IMG/VR virus record: IMGVR_UViG_3300045988_053559
Coordinates: 1-28,416 of that record
Source of the DNA: a virus
Lineage: Duplodnaviria; Heunggongvirae; Uroviricota; Caudoviricetes
Reading direction: 5' to 3' (one strand)
Length of the DNA: 28,416 nt
The position numbers and the translations under genes are program-made. Below, piece by piece: positions 8,322-18,022 of the stretch; within the stretch, counting starts at the first letter, position 1; each line of letters begins with the position of its first letter. The notes under the pieces were generated by a model. That model was not told the origin of the DNA and did no database searches. It saw only the letters and a program-made list of their open reading frames with translations.

Positions 8322-9216
8322 CCTTTCGCAGTTGCCTGCACCGCAGATTGTGGATGTGCCGGACTTTGAGACGCTGCTTGCCGAACGCAAGGCAGAATTT
8401 GTGGCGCTTCATCCGAAAGATGAGCAGGAAGTCGTGATCCGCACGCTGGAACTGGAATCTGAACCCGTCACTAAATTGTTGCAGGAGAACGCTTACCGTG
8501 AGTTGCTTCTGCGCCAGCGCATTAACGAAGCCGCGCAGGCGGTGATGGTGGCTTACGCGATGGGCGGCGATCTTGACCAGCTCGCTGCCAACTACAACGT
8601 GACACGCCTGACGGTGACGCCTGCTGATAATGATGCTGTGCCGCCCGTTGCAGCTGTGATGGAAAGCGATGAAGCGTTACGCCTGCGTGTGCCTGCAGCC
8701 TTTGAAGGGCTTTCTGTTGCGGGGCCAACTGCAGCTTATGAATTTCATGCCCGAAGCGCCGACGGTCGGGTGGCGGATGCCAGTGCAACCAGCCCGGCAC
8801 CTGCAGAGGTGGTGCTGACTGTCCTTAGCCGCGAAGGCGATGGAACTGCAGAAAAAGACCTGCTGGACGTGGTGGAAAAAGCTCTGAACAGTGAGAACGT
8901 CCGCCCGGTGGCTGACCGTCTTACGGTTCGCAGCGCAGAAATCATCCCGTATCGCGTGGAAGCCACCATTTTTCTCTATCCGGGACCGGAAGCAGAGCCG
9001 GTAATGGCAGCGGCAAAAGCCAGTCTGCAGAAGTACATTGCCAGCCAGACGAGGCTTGGTCGGGATATTCGCCGTAGCGCCATCTTTGCTGCTCTGCATG
9101 TTGAGGGTGTTCAACGTGTGGAACTGGCTTCTCCGCTGGCGGATGTGGTCCTGAACAAAACACAGGCGGCATCATGTACGCAGTGGAGCGTAACCAACGG
9201 AGGAACGGATGAATAG
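8308..9216 (+). CDS. J: Baseplate protein, P2 gpJ-like
   Basis: Track ORF 8269..9216; start placed at ATG 8308 (MAVIDLSQLPAPQIV) after AGGAG. Confidence 0.85.
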   Translation: MAVIDLSQLPAPQIVDVPDFETLLAERKAEFVALHPKDEQEVVIRTLELESEPVTKLLQENAYRELLLRQRINEAAQAVMVAYAMGGDLDQLAANYNVTRLTVTPADNDAVPPVAAVMESDEALRLRVPAAFEGLSVAGPTAAYEFHARSADGRVADASATSPAPAEVVLTVLSREGDGTAEKDLLDVVEKALNSENVRPVADRLTVRSAEIIPYRVEATIFLYPGPEAEPVMAAAKASLQKYIASQTRLGRDIRRSAIFAALHVEGVQRVELASPLADVVLNKTQAASCTQWSVTNGGTDE

Positions 9217-9814
9217 TCTGCTGCCACCGGGTTCAACTTCACTGGAGCGCCGACTGGCGCAAACCTGTAGCGGGATTTCTGATCTGCAGGTGCCGCTGCG
9301 TGACTTGTGGAATCCGGCTACCTGTCCGGTCAGCTTCCTGCCTTATCTCGCCTGGGCGTTCTCTGTGGATCGCTGGGACGAGGGCTGGACAGAAAGCGTC
9401 AAACGCCAGGTAGTGAAGGATGCTTTTTATATTCATCAGCATAAAGGAACTACCAGTGCCGTGCGGCGGGTGGTGGAACCGTTCGGATTCCTGATCCGCA
9501 TTATTGAGTGGTGGCAGACCGGAGAAACACCGGGCACGTTTCGCCTGGATATCGGCGTGCAGGACCAGGGCATCACTGAAGATACCTATCTGGAACTTGA
9601 GCGGCTGATAAGCGATGCCAAACCATGTAGCCGTCACATGATCGGCATGTCCATCAATCTGCAGACCAGCGGTCCGCATTGGGTGGGGGCCGCCAGCTAT
9701 CTTGGCGAAGAAATCACGATCTATCCGTATATCAACGAAACAATTATTTCTGGCGGCACCGCGCATGAAGGCGGGGCGGTCCATGTTATTGACACAATGA
9801 GAGTGAATCCATGA
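9209..9814 (+). CDS. I: Baseplate protein, P2 gpI-like
   Basis: 201 aa; overlaps the J stop and the H start. Confidence 0.85.
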   Translation: MNSLLPPGSTSLERRLAQTCSGISDLQVPLRDLWNPATCPVSFLPYLAWAFSVDRWDEGWTESVKRQVVKDAFYIHQHKGTTSAVRRVVEPFGFLIRIIEWWQTGETPGTFRLDIGVQDQGITEDTYLELERLISDAKPCSRHMIGMSINLQTSGPHWVGAASYLGEEITIYPYINETIISGGTAHEGGAVHVIDTMRVNP

Positions 9815-11217
9815 GCACAAAATTTTATACCCTGCTGACGGATATTGGCGCGGCGAAACTTGCCAGCGCCGCCGCGCTCGGTGTGCCGCTAAAAATTACC
9901 CATATGGCGGTCGGCGATGGCGGCGGAGTATTGCCAACGCCAGACTCAAAGCAGACTGCACTGGTAAATGAGAAACGCCGGGCTGCGCTGAATATGCTCT
10001 ATATCGACCCGCAGAACAGCAGTCAGATTATTGCCGAACAGGTGATCCCTGAAAACGAGGGCGGTTGGTGGATACGTGAAGTGGGCTTGTTTGATGAGTC
10101 CGGGGCATTGATTGCCGTGGGCAACTGCCCGGAAAGCTATAAGCCGCAACTGGCTGAAGGTAGCGGGCGCACTCAGACCGTGCGCATGGTGCTGATTACC
10201 AGCAGCACGGACAATATCACCCTGAAAATCGACCCTGCTGTAGTGCTGGCAACCCGCAAGTATGTGGATGACAAGGCACTGGAGCTGAAGGTGTACGCGG
10301 ATGATCAGATGGCAAAACATCTTGCCGCACCGGACCCGCATTCACAGTATGCACCCAAAGAAAGTCCGACGTTTACCGGGACACCCAAAGCGCCAACGCC
10401 AGCAGCAGGGAATAACACCACGCAGATTGCGACCACCGAGTTTGTTCAGGCGGCTCTGACGGCTCTTATTAATGGTGCGCCAGCCACGCTGGACACGCTG
10501 AAAGAAATAGCCGCAGCCATTAACAATGATCCGAAATTCAGTACCACCATTAACAATGCGCTGGCACTAAAAGCGCCGTTGTCGAGTCCGGCACTCACCG
10601 GAACGCCAACCGCACCTACTGCGGCACAGTCGGTCAACAATACACAAATTGCCACCACGGCATTTGTGAAATCGGCGATTGCGGCAATGGTGGGTTCTGC
10701 ACCTGCGGCACTGGATACACTGAACGAACTGGCGGCGGCGCTGGGGAATGACCCGAACTTTGCCACGACAATGCTTAATGCACTGGCAGGTAAACAACCG
10801 CTGGACAATACGCTGACTAATTTGAGTGGAAAGGATGTAACTGGTCTTCTCACATACCTTGGTTTGGGAGAAGCGGCAAAGAGGAATGTGGGGACAGGAG
10901 AAAATCAGGTACCGGATATGAACAGCTTTGGTAACTCATTGACCGCCAATGGATACCAGAAATTACCTGGGGGGATGATTATTCAATGGGGGAGTTTTTC
11001 TGTCTCACCAACCGGAGGAAGTGTTGGAACAGTTGATATAACATTACCTGTAGCTTTCCCTGCTGCTTGTCGTTCGGTAAACGCTCTTATTTCAACTAAT
11101 GATCCTTCTGCCCGTTCTGTGGGCTTTGATATTGGAAGTACCAACAGAACTAAAATCAGATTTACTTACACTTCTGCTACAACAAATTCAATTTACTGGA
11201 TGGCTGTGGGGTATTAA
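9811..11217 (+). CDS. H: Tail fibre protein: P2 gpH-like constant N-terminal part (to about 10855) fused in frame to a variable receptor-binding C-terminal domain
   Basis: 468 aa; P2 H-like motifs MAVGDGGG, ESYKPQLAEGSGRTQ, NNTQIATT(E/A)FV, LNELAAALGNDPNFATTMLNALAGKQP. After LGLGE the sequence turns AT-rich and unrelated (..QKLPGGMIIQWG..). Confidence 0.85.
   Translation: MSTKFYTLLTDIGAAKLASAAALGVPLKITHMAVGDGGGVLPTPDSKQTALVNEKRRAALNMLYIDPQNSSQIIAEQVIPENEGGWWIREVGLFDESGALIAVGNCPESYKPQLAEGSGRTQTVRMVLITSSTDNITLKIDPAVVLATRKYVDDKALELKVYADDQMAKHLAAPDPHSQYAPKESPTFTGTPKAPTPAAGNNTTQIATTEFVQAALTALINGAPATLDTLKEIAAAINNDPKFSTTINNALALKAPLSSPALTGTPTAPTAAQSVNNTQIATTAFVKSAIAAMVGSAPAALDTLNELAAALGNDPNFATTMLNALAGKQPLDNTLTNLSGKDVTGLLTYLGLGEAAKRNVGTGENQVPDMNSFGNSLTANGYQKLPGGMIIQWGSFSVSPTGGSVGTVDITLPVAFPAACRSVNALISTNDPSARSVGFDIGSTNRTKIRFTYTSATTNSIYWMAVGY
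10847..10872. repeat. Left crossover-like site TTCTCACATACC-TT-GGTTTGGGAGAA (hix/gix-like imperfect palindrome); contains the 18-bp perfect repeat 10856..10873
   Basis: Reverse complement of 10856..10873 recurs exactly at 12704..12721; core resembles the AAACC-NN-GGTTT of Hin/Gin/Cin sites; lies at the constant/variable junction of H. Confidence 0.55.
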
Positions 11218-11219
11218 CT

Positions 11220-11651
11220 ATGGAAAAGACATATTATTTTAATCCCTCTGATTCGGGATTTTATATTTCACCAGATAGCCAAACCATTCCTGAGAACGCT
11301 ACGAAAATAAACTTTACTATTTATTCTGAGTTCGCAGGAGTTGCATGGCCTGATGGTAAAATACTTGGTTCAGATAAAAATGGTTTTCCAGCATGGCAGG
11401 ATGCGCCACCACTTACCAGCGAAGAATTAATCTCAATCGCTGAATCAAATAAACAGCGATTAGTTAATCAGGCCAACGAATACATGAACAGCAAACAATG
11501 GCCTGGTAAAGCGGCGATTGGTCGTCTGAAAGGTGAGGAACTGGCGCAATATAATTTGTGGCTGGATTACCTGGACGCACTGGAAATGGTCGATACTTCC
11601 AGTGCGCCAGATATTGAATGGCCTACGCCTCCGGCAGTACAGGCCAGATGA
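11220..11651 (+). CDS. G: Tail fibre assembly chaperone, P2 gpG/Tfa-like
   Basis: 143 aa; AT-rich N-terminal part; conserved Tfa C-terminus ...SSAPDIEWPTPPAVQAR. Confidence 0.8.
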   Translation: MEKTYYFNPSDSGFYISPDSQTIPENATKINFTIYSEFAGVAWPDGKILGSDKNGFPAWQDAPPLTSEELISIAESNKQRLVNQANEYMNSKQWPGKAAIGRLKGEELAQYNLWLDYLDALEMVDTSSAPDIEWPTPPAVQAR

Positions 11652-12225
11652 CATCCGGCGCGGTGCTGATATCTGTTGCCGTCACCGCGTCAATGTAATC
11701 CAGCACCGTGTTAAGTCGGCTGGTTTCTGCCTGCGTCAGATTCCGTCCGGCCTGTAATTTTAGTTGAATCAGATTGATGGAAGCCATTGCAGTATCAATC
11801 AGCGACTGGCGTTGTGCTTCTGCTGCATCGACTGCGGCGCTATGTTGTGCCTCGGTATCCGTCACCCATTTCTCACCATCCCATTTATCGTATGGTGTTA
11901 ACGGGACGATAGTGGTTGTATTATCAGGGTAATCACCCGGAGCTGTGATTTCTTTTGATTCTCCTGTTTCGGTGCTAAAGACGATTTCACCGCGATGGTC
12001 TGGCACATATTCCCATGAGTTAAAATCTGCAGAACGGCAGATTGCATAACCAGCTTTGTATGCGCCTGGAGCATCTAAACAGGAATATGCCGGAATGCCG
12101 ACACCAACAGCAAGATATTCAGTTGAAGCTGAAATATACTCCCGACTCACGACATCAAAGTTATAAACAGTAATTTCTCCTGCCATAGTGGCAATTAATT
12201 CACTGTTTAATTCTGCGTTATTCAT
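11623..12225 (-). CDS. Tail fibre assembly chaperone (Mu U-like), convergent with the + strand chaperone
   Basis: 200 aa; C-terminus ...STAPDVIWPVLPEA; start overlaps the upstream fibre stop (TAATG). Confidence 0.8.
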   Translation of the reverse strand: MNNAELNSELIATMAGEITVYNFDVVSREYISASTEYLAVGVGIPAYSCLDAPGAYKAGYAICRSADFNSWEYVPDHRGEIVFSTETGESKEITAPGDYPDNTTTIVPLTPYDKWDGEKWVTDTEAQHSAAVDAAEAQRQSLIDTAMASINLIQLKLQAGRNLTQAETSRLNTVLDYIDAVTATDISTAPDVIWPVLPEA

Positions 12226-13007
12226 TATGCAGCCCTCACAATATAGTTAAAAGCGACATTTCGTGGGCGTGTTTCATTCGCACCTGCAGGTTTAGTCGTT
12301 GCCGCAACAACACCACCCTCTGTAATAGCCGGGTTGGGAATTGGGTAATTATCGAAGTCAATGGCTGGAGACAGGGGCGTGATTTGTTTTAAAATCGTGG
12401 TGCCTGTAAAACTTCCCAGAGTCTGGTCGTTAGTTCGTGAAGTCCAGATTCCCCAATAGTGGTTATGACTGACAATCGCACCGTCCTGAAGCGTTAATAA
12501 TCCCCTTCCGTTATCCACTCCACGTCCGTCATCCCAGCCACGAATAAACTCACCGCGTAAATCAGGTAATTTATTTGTCGGATAAGCCTTTGCCAGTTCC
12601 GGGTATTCTTCAGCAGAAAAAGCTGCTCCGTTGCATTTCAGCCAGCCTGTTGGCGGAGTGGCTGAAGGCCACGGAACAGGCACACCAACAGGTAATGCTG
12701 AGCCTTCTCCCAAACCAAGGTTTTCGAGAGCTGTTTTCACCGTGCCATCCGATTTGATATCGCCAAACGGATTCTTGCGGCTTAACAGCAGCGCACGAAG
12801 CGCGGTAAGCAGCTGGTCATGCCGCCCCTTCTCCAGGCTGGCACCGGATGCCTCCACAACGCTGCAAAGCTCCTCCTGCAACATGTCAAAGTAGTCATCA
12901 TCCAGATCGGTGGCAGGCGTGCCGGTCTGGGGGTTACCACGGGTAAAACCGTTCTTACCCGCGCCGAACTTATCCTTCTGCGCGGTTTTCGTGTCTATAC
13001 GATGCAT
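12225..13007 (-). CDS. Tail fibre protein (Mu S-like) with tail-collar-type C-terminal domain
   Basis: 260 aa; N-terminus [21 protein letters not shown]...; LGLGE junction motif; ..[20 protein letters not shown].. collar-like motif. Confidence 0.8.
   Translation of the reverse strand: MHRIDTKTAQKDKFGAGKNGFTRGNPQTGTPATDLDDDYFDMLQEELCSVVEASGASLEKGRHDQLLTALRALLLSRKNPFGDIKSDGTVKTALENLGLGEGSALPVGVPVPWPSATPPTGWLKCNGAAFSAEEYPELAKAYPTNKLPDLRGEFIRGWDDGRGVDNGRGLLTLQDGAIVSHNHYWGIWTSRTNDQTLGSFTGTTILKQITPLSPAIDFDNYPIPNPAITEGGVVAATTKPAGANETRPRNVAFNYIVRAA
12705..12730. repeat. Right crossover-like site TTCTCCCAAACC-AA-GGTTTTCGAGAG, inverted partner of the left site; contains the 18-bp perfect repeat 12704..12721
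   Basis: Reverse complement of 10856..10873; lies at the constant/variable junction of the minus-strand fibre gene. Confidence 0.55.
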
Positions 13008-13010
13008 GGA

Positions 13011-13595
13011 TTACTCCGGATATTTAAAAATCACATAGGTATGCGACGGGCAGAGTTTGTTAAGAACACACTCGACAACGGTGTCCCCCCAGAAGCGCAG
13101 CGCGGAATCACAGGGATCGCCACATGTCATCCAGGTGGTGTTGGTGGCGGCTGGCATGTTGACCTGCCAGTAATACCGCCATTCCGGCGCATTCACCGCG
13201 TCAGTACAGGCAGATGAGCAGGTGAACGTGCTTTTGTCGTATCGCGTGATGGTGGCGTCTGGTCTGCCCAGGGCAGCAAGCTGTGCAAGGTAAAAATCCT
13301 CATTGATGCCGCCCGCCAGGTTAACCTTCGCATCCAGCCGTTGCTGACGCTGGCGAAGGGTCTGCGTCCCTGCCGGAATACATTCATCCGGCAGGCCGCA
13401 CAGACGCTCCCAGCGGTTTATCAGTTCGGTGGTGGTGCGCGGATCCAGCTCCTGCATCAGGGCATCCGCACGCTGATGAACACGGGTTAATGACGGTGCT
13501 GCACCGGCAATCGCCGGATCGCTGGCTGACCACGCCGGACCGGGCGGCAACAGTGCTGACAACAGACGGATGTAATCATCGTTTGTCACGTCCAT
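13011..13595 (-). CDS. Tail/baseplate protein, Mu gp48 (R)-like, YmfQ family
   Basis: 194 aa; sits between the baseplate J-like gene and the tail fibre, as in Mu and e14. Confidence 0.65.
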   Translation of the reverse strand: MDVTNDDYIRLLSALLPPGPAWSASDPAIAGAAPSLTRVHQRADALMQELDPRTTTELINRWERLCGLPDECIPAGTQTLRQRQQRLDAKVNLAGGINEDFYLAQLAALGRPDATITRYDKSTFTCSSACTDAVNAPEWRYYWQVNMPAATNTTWMTCGDPCDSALRFWGDTVVECVLNKLCPSHTYVIFKYPE

Positions 13596-14644
13596 GAAAT
13601 CGCCCCCAGAACCGCCAGTTCATTTTTCGCAATGGTGATATTGTCCGCCGGTGCAAGCAACTGATGGCTGTATTCCCCGTTCGCACCGGAAATCGCTTCA
13701 CTGATACGTGACACCTTCAGTTCTCCCTGCGGATAACCATCACGCAGCAGGAACGAACGCAACTCCGCGGTGATGGCAGCCCGTATTTCCGGTGTGTCCG
13801 GCGTCACACGGATATGAAAATCCACCGTATGTGCCACCGGCCTGAACACATACAAATCAGAGCCTGCCACCGGGGCCAGTGGCCCGATATGTTGTCTTGC
13901 CGCCGTTTCCGTTGATTCTTCCGGAATGGGATTAATCAGGTCACTGCTGGCAATCATCACACCGACAGTCCCCGTTCCCATCCAGTGTCGGTATGTCCAT
14001 GCGCGGGTAATGCCAGGCACTTCTTTAGCCCAGACGACATAGTCCCCGTCAGCCCCGCCCTGCGGCGTCCAGTAATACCGCTCAATGACGCGGGCGCGCC
14101 ACGTTTCCAGCTCTTCAGTATCAAATCCGCCTGTCAGGGTGTCAGCCACACCGGAAGACGGCAGACCATTCACCGGCGTGACCAGGATTAATGCCGTACC
14201 GTCGTCAGCGTTACCGACCGCACCTGCACTTGAGCAGGCGATCGGCACGCGCAGGACACCACCGGAGCTGATTGCATCGTCAGTTGTCGTGTACTGCACC
14301 AGGTCATCGCGCTGAATAACACTCCCGGCAGTCACCTTCAGGCCATCGCTGACACCTTCCCAGCGCATATACCCGCTGGCAACCGTGGCCCCCTTGCGCG
14401 GACACCGTTTCATCGCAGCATGTCGCGCCAGCCAGGACTCATCGCACAGGTCAGGCAGCATATTCATTGCCAGATAATCGATGTAACCGTAGACCATATG
14501 CAGCGCCGCCGCATACACCTTTGCCCGCACGTCTTCATCCATGCGCCGGAGCGTGTCGCTGACGTCCAGCCTGGCGAATAAATCGTTACGGAGCATACTG
14601 ATATTTTCTGCCAGCGTCGGGCGCTGAAATTCACTGTCCGCCAT
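13586..14644 (-). CDS. Baseplate J-like protein, Mu gp47 (W)-like
   Basis: 352 aa; position and size. Confidence 0.75.
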   Translation of the reverse strand: MADSEFQRPTLAENISMLRNDLFARLDVSDTLRRMDEDVRAKVYAAALHMVYGYIDYLAMNMLPDLCDESWLARHAAMKRCPRKGATVASGYMRWEGVSDGLKVTAGSVIQRDDLVQYTTTDDAISSGGVLRVPIACSSAGAVGNADDGTALILVTPVNGLPSSGVADTLTGGFDTEELETWRARVIERYYWTPQGGADGDYVVWAKEVPGITRAWTYRHWMGTGTVGVMIASSDLINPIPEESTETAARQHIGPLAPVAGSDLYVFRPVAHTVDFHIRVTPDTPEIRAAITAELRSFLLRDGYPQGELKVSRISEAISGANGEYSHQLLAPADNITIAKNELAVLGAISWT

Positions 14645-15059
14645 GCGTTATCGCACTCCACAGATCATCAAAAGAAATCATTACTGGTCCATCACGACGC
14701 CAGAGGGTGATACTGTTACCCAGCTCATTAATCCCGGTGCGGCGGATATCCAGATCAATACGGGACACCACGCCGTCATCAGTCATCCATTGCAGGCATT
14801 CGCGGATATATCCCCTTACCGTCTGCACCAGCTGATTGGTCAGTTTGCTGCGCTGAAGCAACCACAGTCGGGAGCCGTAACGGTCATTCTGTACCGCAGG
14901 CCAGGTATCCCCCCACCATCCCATCGGGACGTCGGCATTGTCATCAGGCTCCGCCCGCCGCCAGGTGAACAGGGAAATCACCACGGCGCGGGTCAGCGGA
15001 TCCAGCGGTGCGCTGGCGCAGGTGCGTTTACCGTTCACCGTCAGCCACAGTTCCATCAT
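14631..15059 (-). CDS. Baseplate protein, Mu gp46 (V)-like (gp25/GPW-like)
   Basis: 142 aa; overlapping neighbours in the baseplate operon. Confidence 0.7.
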   Translation of the reverse strand: MMELWLTVNGKRTCASAPLDPLTRAVVISLFTWRRAEPDDNADVPMGWWGDTWPAVQNDRYGSRLWLLQRSKLTNQLVQTVRGYIRECLQWMTDDGVVSRIDLDIRRTGINELGNSITLWRRDGPVMISFDDLWSAITHGGQ

Positions 15060-15604
15060 GCCTCCATCGCTTTATCAGGTTTGTCGGTGTTACTGCCCTG
15101 ACCGTTCTCTCTGTGACGATGCCCGTTATAGGCAAGCCGCATCGCTGACATGGTGGTGCCGCCGGAGTCGCACAGGTCTTTCACCTGTCCTGTCACTTCC
15201 AGGTCCATTTCAAAACGTGCCTTAGGCGCATTGCGAAACGTGATCGTTTTACCTGCACCGTCCACCACGATCCCCTCCCGGGTCAGCGTCACGGACTGCC
15301 CCTGATCGTCATAGACAGCCACCTCCCCAGTCTGCAGCCCTTTCAGGCGGTAGCGACGGTCCGACACCGTAACAACCACCGCATGAGAACGGTCGCCATC
15401 CGGAAACAACACCACCGCTTCCGCACCGCTGTTTGCCCTTGCGGTAAAACCGTAGGGTTCAAGATGTTCAACCCCGGCTTTGGGTTCACCGGCAATCAGG
15501 GACACATCCACGGTCTGACATTTCGTGGCGGCACTGATGCTTTTCACCACGGCCCGCCCAATCAGGCCGAGGAGTTGTCGCTGCATGGCTTCAATCGTCC
15601 TCAT
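15056..15604 (-). CDS. Baseplate assembly/spike protein, Mu gp45 (Q)-like
   Basis: 182 aa; ATGA overlap with the upstream gene. Confidence 0.7.
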   Translation of the reverse strand: MRTIEAMQRQLLGLIGRAVVKSISAATKCQTVDVSLIAGEPKAGVEHLEPYGFTARANSGAEAVVLFPDGDRSHAVVVTVSDRRYRLKGLQTGEVAVYDDQGQSVTLTREGIVVDGAGKTITFRNAPKARFEMDLEVTGQVKDLCDSGGTTMSAMRLAYNGHRHRENGQGSNTDKPDKAMEA

Positions 15605-16683
15605 CAGAACGGGTCCTCCTGTACTCTGGCTTTTTTCTTTTTCCGCGCGCCGGGGGCTTCGGGTTCAGGCAGATAAGCATCAGGCGGGCCGACACGGATT
15701 TCCGTCAGGGTGCCGTTCTGGTCCTGAGTAAACGTGACTTCCGAAACAAGCAGTTCGGTATTGTCGAAACCACAGACCGGATCAAAGACAATCACCCGTT
15801 GGTTGGGCTGCCACAGCGTACCGTTACCCTGTCGCCAGCCCTGCACCACATAGGTGGTTTCATCCGTCCGCGCCGCCCGTTGTCGGGCTTCAAAGTCCGC
15901 ACGGGCAATACAGCCTGCCCCCGTAGCCTGCCCTGTCTGCCTGATATACATCGGACGGTAACGGGCAATAAATGCGTCCTCTGTGCGGGCCCGCAGCGCG
16001 GTGGTGGTGGCCTCACCGAAATCATCGTCGTTTCCGGCACGCTGCCCCGCCACCTGGTAAACTGAAAACCGCTCCCGGATACTCTTCTCCGTATCACAGG
16101 AAAGGATGTTTTCCCCAAGTACCAGCGCGGTATGTGCCCGCGTTGAGCCAATACCACCAATCACCAGCCTGCCGTGCGGGTCGTCATAAGCCAGCGCCTG
16201 CTGCTGACCGAGTATTTTGTTGATCACCTCGATCACCGTTTCACCGTGATCAGGCTGGACATCCGGAATAACACCCGACGGCGCATCGCTGTTCACCACC
16301 TCAATGCCGAAAGGCGCAGCAAGCGCCTGCGCAATCTGTACCAGCGATCGTCCGTTAAACTGTGTCGGTTCGGCTGCACAGTCAATCAGGTCAGCAGTCA
16401 GACTACGTCCGGCAATACCGGTGATGACCGAACGGGCATCGTAACGAACGGGGGTCGCCTCCACCCAGCCGGTGATCACCAGCTCATCACCAATCAGCAC
16501 TTCCACTTTTGAACCGTTTTTAATGCGCGGCTGAAGCGTGGTGATACCCTCATCTCCCGGCCATTGGCGAGTGATCTCCACACTGAAATCCCGCGCCAGC
16601 CGTTCAATACCGGCACCGATGCGCACCGATGTCCAGCCATTCCACTCCCGGCCATTTACCCGTAGCGTGACATTGTCGTTCAT
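15604..16683 (-). CDS. Baseplate hub / late control D-like tail protein, Mu gp44 (P)-like
   Basis: 359 aa; lysine-rich C-terminus (RKKKKARVQEDPF). Confidence 0.7.
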   Translation of the reverse strand: MNDNVTLRVNGREWNGWTSVRIGAGIERLARDFSVEITRQWPGDEGITTLQPRIKNGSKVEVLIGDELVITGWVEATPVRYDARSVITGIAGRSLTADLIDCAAEPTQFNGRSLVQIAQALAAPFGIEVVNSDAPSGVIPDVQPDHGETVIEVINKILGQQQALAYDDPHGRLVIGGIGSTRAHTALVLGENILSCDTEKSIRERFSVYQVAGQRAGNDDDFGEATTTALRARTEDAFIARYRPMYIRQTGQATGAGCIARADFEARQRAARTDETTYVVQGWRQGNGTLWQPNQRVIVFDPVCGFDNTELLVSEVTFTQDQNGTLTEIRVGPPDAYLPEPEAPGARKKKKARVQEDPF

Positions 16684-18008
16684 TGCACTGGCACCTTCAG
16701 AGGGATCACCGGCACAAAGCCGGGATGCGTAATGGCATTACGCCGGATAATGTCCGCGTCACGCGCCGCGTTATCAAACCAGGTCGCCGCCAGCACCAGC
16801 GCGGGTAAAACCTCATCCGGCGTGCGCTGAATGATCCGTGCAGACTGTTCAAGGCGCGTGTTGATATCCGCATTCAGATCTGCTTTCACCCGGCGCAGCG
16901 CCAGAAACAGCGCATCACTGGTTGTACGGGACAACTCCTTATCAATTGCCGTATTCAGTGTGTCGCGAATGTCGGTCAGTTCTTCCCACGTTGGCAGGTC
17001 AACCGTGTTTTTCACCGCCGGTGCATTGTTCAGTGCCGGATGCGTGACAGAAGGCCAGCCGGTGCTCTGCGCGGGTGTTGTTGACTGCCCTACTGTGGCA
17101 TTCTGCATCACCGCGGAAGTTGTGGACGCAGGCAATCGTGTGACGGCATACGCCGCTTCGCTGATTGCGGTCGTACGAAGGGTGCTGGCAACCACGTTAC
17201 GCTGCTGCGTCGCCGTGGCGGTAGTTTTACTGTCCGTTTTCCAGACGCCGCGCGGTTGCAGATCGCTGCCGAGGCTGACACCGGAAAGCGTTTTGATCAT
17301 GGTGACCAGGTCGCTGGCGTTACCATAAAGGCGTTTCCCGGTACGCCACATTTTCTGCACCTGCTCAACGAAATTTTTGCCTGACGATGGTGGCGGCAGA
17401 AGTACCGAGATATCCCCCTGCAACAGCCTGGCGGCATCCGATACGGCAGAATCCACCACTTTCATCGCATCAGAAACATACCCAAGCATTGTGCTGGCAT
17501 TACCGACGACGTCGTTCTGCACAAAATCTGCCACGCCATCGATACTGAAACCACTGAAGCTGTCACTGATGCAGTCATCCAGTGCAGAACAGGATGACAT
17601 CAGCGTCTGCGCCGTCGCCGCACCTGAAGTGGGGTAAGAGAGTTCTCCCGCTTCGACAAACTTCAGGTCAAAGCGGACAATACGCCCTTCACTCTTCGAT
17701 GTGCTGACCCGAACTTCCCCGTCAACACAAACTTTCAGCTCACCGTAAGTCGGATGGACAAGCGTGCCGGGACCGGGTTTATTCAGCGCGTCAATCAGGC
17801 GATCGCGCTGGTCAAAGCAGTCATCTCCCACCACATAAGCTGTGATGGACGGGCGGAAAGTGATTTTCCCCAGGTCTTCGGTATAGGGTTTGTCGCGGTT
17901 CGGGTATTCGTGCGTTTCCACACGACGACCGGTTCCCGCACTTTCTTCTTCAACCTTAAACGGCACACCGCGAAATGACGCGTCCTGAAGTCTGTCTTTC
18001 CACGTCAT
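16680..18008 (-). CDS. DNA circulation protein, Mu gp43 (N)-like
   Basis: Track ORF 16680..18050; ATG 18008 (MTWKDRLQD) has a GGAG ribosome-binding site; 18050 and 18023 are alternative starts. Confidence 0.7.
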   Translation of the reverse strand: MTWKDRLQDASFRGVPFKVEEESAGTGRRVETHEYPNRDKPYTEDLGKITFRPSITAYVVGDDCFDQRDRLIDALNKPGPGTLVHPTYGELKVCVDGEVRVSTSKSEGRIVRFDLKFVEAGELSYPTSGAATAQTLMSSCSALDDCISDSFSGFSIDGVADFVQNDVVGNASTMLGYVSDAMKVVDSAVSDAARLLQGDISVLLPPPSSGKNFVEQVQKMWRTGKRLYGNASDLVTMIKTLSGVSLGSDLQPRGVWKTDSKTTATATQQRNVVASTLRTTAISEAAYAVTRLPASTTSAVMQNATVGQSTTPAQSTGWPSVTHPALNNAPAVKNTVDLPTWEELTDIRDTLNTAIDKELSRTTSDALFLALRRVKADLNADINTRLEQSARIIQRTPDEVLPALVLAATWFDNAARDADIIRRNAITHPGFVPVIPLKVPVQ

Positions 18009-18022
18009 ATAAACTCCGTACA

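Larger units (their letters stand above)
10847..12730. mobile_element. Candidate invertible tail-fibre (host-range) cassette: two variable fibre C-termini and two convergent chaperone genes between inverted crossover-like sites; invertase not in window
   Basis: Same layout as Mu G, P1 C and e14 P segments; reading frame through LGLGE is shared, so inversion would keep both fibres in frame; AT-rich interior. Confidence 0.45.

Noticed and set aside
9239-9820. 193-aa minus-strand ORF antisense to baseplate gene I, and similar antisense ORFs at 6794..7351, 10446..10853, 16831..17328, 22354..22944 and 26850..27425
   Set aside because: Each lies entirely within a confidently assigned structural gene on the other strand and has no independent support.
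11220-12225. The two convergent chaperone genes as a head-to-head duplicated pair from simple tandem duplication
   Set aside because: They differ across most of their length, share only the conserved C-terminal motif, and are tail-to-tail; alternative chaperones of an inversion cassette or a junction of two phages fit better.
9811-13007. A serine invertase gene (gin/pin/cin/hin-like) adjacent to the invertible cassette
   Set aside because: Searched the ORFs on both sides of the cassette and the whole window; none resembles a serine recombinase. Its absence is reported in the findings rather than inventing a gene.
15630-15644. T6-C-T5 homopolymer run (A-run on the coding strand) as a possible phase-variation tract
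   Set aside because: It simply encodes the RKKKKA C-terminus of the baseplate hub protein; the run is short and nothing suggests it is a switch.
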